Of a DNA stretch of 64,000 nucleotides, positions 62,564 through 64,000 are shown in pieces. The DNA is taken from contig CAVSPA010000005.1 in NCBI GenBank assembly GCA_963729715.1, positions 320,001 to 384,000 of the forward strand, in the 5' to 3' direction. A program made the translations under genes and the position numbers. The notes beneath the pieces were generated by a model. That model was not told where the DNA came from. It saw nothing but the letters and a program-made list of their open reading frames with translations, and did no database searches. Source of the stretch: an uncultured delta proteobacterium (GTDB taxonomy: Bacteria > Desulfobacterota > Syntrophia > Syntrophales > UBA2185). How positions within the stretch are numbered: the stretch's first letter is position 1; every line of letters starts with the position of its first letter.

Positions 62564-63514
62564 TTAGAGAAGGAAACGGGGCAATTTATCAAAAAACATG
62601 AACATCATGACCACGAGCATGAAGTAATTCGTCCTCTTGAAAACGCCGGCGTAACCTGATGCGTGCGATCTCATAAAATTTATCCCGTTCGTGGCAAGCC
62701 ACAGGGAGACACCAATCAGGGATATATGGATAAAGGGCGACCGAATAACGCCGAAGAAAGTGACAAGCTGCAAACTTACCGCTGTCGCTATGATCCACTG
62801 GAAGGTCAGCCGATCAAGTTGGTCACCTGTGAAGACTTCCGTGAGAGAGGGAAGGCCGGCCTTTTCATATTCCTTTCCGAAGGCAAGGAGATGGATGAAG
62901 CAGTGAGGAACCTGCCACATGAAGAAGAAGAAAGAGAGGAGCGCTAACCGCGGGTCTATGAGGCTCCCGCCTCCTGCAATCCAGCCTATGACCGGCGGGA
63001 TGGCACCGACCAGGGCCCCGGGGATCGCTGCAAAGGCACTGCGGCTCTTGAACCATGTGTAAAAACCATTATACCAGAAGACTGCGGCAAGCCCGAGGAG
63101 GGGCGCTGTTAACACACCCGTAAAGAGGAGCGCGATTGAACCCGCACATATTAGGGCAACGGCAAAGAAGAGCGCATGGCCGGGTTTGATTCTTCCCGAC
63201 GGTATGGGTCTTCTCGCCGTCCTGTGCATAAGGGCATCGGTGGAACGATCCTGCCAGTGATTGAGGGCGCAGGCACCGCAGGCCATGAGAAATACGCCTG
63301 TGATGAGGGCCGGCAATACAGGCCAGGGATCATACGCTTCCAGTAGAAGGCCTGTAGCCGCGGAAAGAGCAGCAAAGAAGGATATCTTCACCTTGCAGAG
63401 GCAGAGATAGGAACGGACATTAGAAAAATCCCTTTCTTCCCCCCTCTGCAAAGGGGGACGGAAGGGGGGGGCAGGCACTTTGCATTTTTTCAGAAACGGC
63501 CCGTTAGTCATCAT
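62564..63514 (-). CDS. ctaB: Protoheme IX farnesyltransferase (heme O synthase)
   Basis: D..M.RT..RPIPSG, GALVGAIPP..GW, WQVPH; ATGA overlap with coxB. Confidence 0.9.
   Translation of the reverse strand: MMTNGPFLKKCKVPAPPFRPPLQRGEERDFSNVRSYLCLCKVKISFFAALSAATGLLLEAYDPWPVLPALITGVFLMACGACALNHWQDRSTDALMHRTARRPIPSGRIKPGHALFFAVALICAGSIALLFTGVLTAPLLGLAAVFWYNGFYTWFKSRSAFAAIPGALVGAIPPVIGWIAGGGSLIDPRLALLSFFFFMWQVPHCFIHLLAFGKEYEKAGLPSLTEVFTGDQLDRLTFQWIIATAVSLQLVTFFGVIRSPFIHISLIGVSLWLATNGINFMRSHASGYAGVFKRTNYFMLVVMMFMFFDKLPRFLL
63425..63472. repeat. REP-like palindrome inside the 5' end of ctaB
   Basis: Minus strand ccccccc-ttccg-tccccc-tttgcaga-ggggg-gaagaa-agggatttt; same architecture as 18537-18584. 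Confidence 0.55.
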
Positions 63515-63999
63515 TTGAGCGTCTCAATATAAGAAACAATGGTCCTTAGTTCTTCGTCCGACATTGGAACCTGGGGCATCACCGGGGGATAGCCCTTGAC
63601 GAGGGCGGCTTGGGGATTAAGTATATGTTCACCGATAAAAGTGTCGTCCACTATAATGCTCTTCTCCTGCCCCGCTGCGATCACGGTCTCCTTCCTGCCC
63701 ACGAGATCTTTAAAAGTAGGACCAACTTTCGAGGTACCGTCAAGAGTGTGGCATCCGAGACACCCCTTTGCCTGCAAGATCCTCGGCCCCAGAGCGGCGA
63801 CTGTAGTAGGCGGCGGCGCGTTCATCCACTTTTCAAAATCGTCAGGCATCATGACGACAACCTTCGAGCGCATGTGGGAATGGCCGACGCCGCAATACTC
63901 AGTGCAAAAGATATCATACGTCCCTGCCTCGTTCGCAGTGAACCAGAGGTGAGTCTTCATGCCGGGGACGCAATCTTCTTTGATGCGGTACGCGGGGAT
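63511..63999 (-). CDS. coxB: Cytochrome c oxidase subunit II with fused cytochrome c (caa3 type), 3' part
   Basis: CuA motif CTEYCGVGHSHM, CxxCH (CLGCH), KEDCVPG; runs off the window edge. Confidence 0.93.
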   Translation of the reverse strand: MPAYRIKEDCVPGMKTHLWFTANEAGTYDIFCTEYCGVGHSHMRSKVVVMMPDDFEKWMNAPPPTTVAALGPRILQAKGCLGCHTLDGTSKVGPTFKDLVGRKETVIAAGQEKSIIVDDTFIGEHILNPQAALVKGYPPVMPQVPMSDEELRTIVSYIETLK

Positions 64000-64000
64000 G

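Overview
Bacterial chromosomal window. Gene content (Etf/EMO, AMP-forming Acs, acyl-CoA ligases, selenoproteins, BirA operator type) suggests an anaerobic deltaproteobacterium of Syntrophales/Desulfobacterota type; this taxonomy is inferred. In order: (1) a divergent bioB / birA-bioA-...-bioF-bioD biotin locus containing a dedicated fatty-acid-synthase-like cassette (two hotdog dehydratase halves, ketoreductase, long ACP, nitroreductase-fold protein, KAS); (2) acs-etfB-etfA-membrane FeS oxidoreductase; (3) an intact IS with repeated ends and a 4-bp target duplication; (4) acyl-CoA ligases, thiolase, apgM, folD; (5) a 12.7-kb methylmalonyl-CoA/TCA operon (sucCD, mce, transcarboxylase subunits, fumarase, sdh, mdh); (6) an accessory redox region with three genes split by in-frame TGA codons that read as selenoproteins (rhodanese with two TGAs in a U-A-U motif, MerP-like C-x-U protein, Sec-peroxiredoxin), cydAB and a candidate sigma54-driven CCUCCU-loop small RNA; (7) an oxalate oxidoreductase / OxlT-like cluster with a Cdc48-like ATPase and two GntR regulators; (8) a radical SAM/SPASM gene with an unannotated short upstream peptide (candidate RiPP, possibly Sec-containing); (9) rpiA, ctaB and a partial caa3-type coxB. 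No rRNA, tRNA or CRISPR array was recognised. All calls are from motif recognition by eye, with no database searches.
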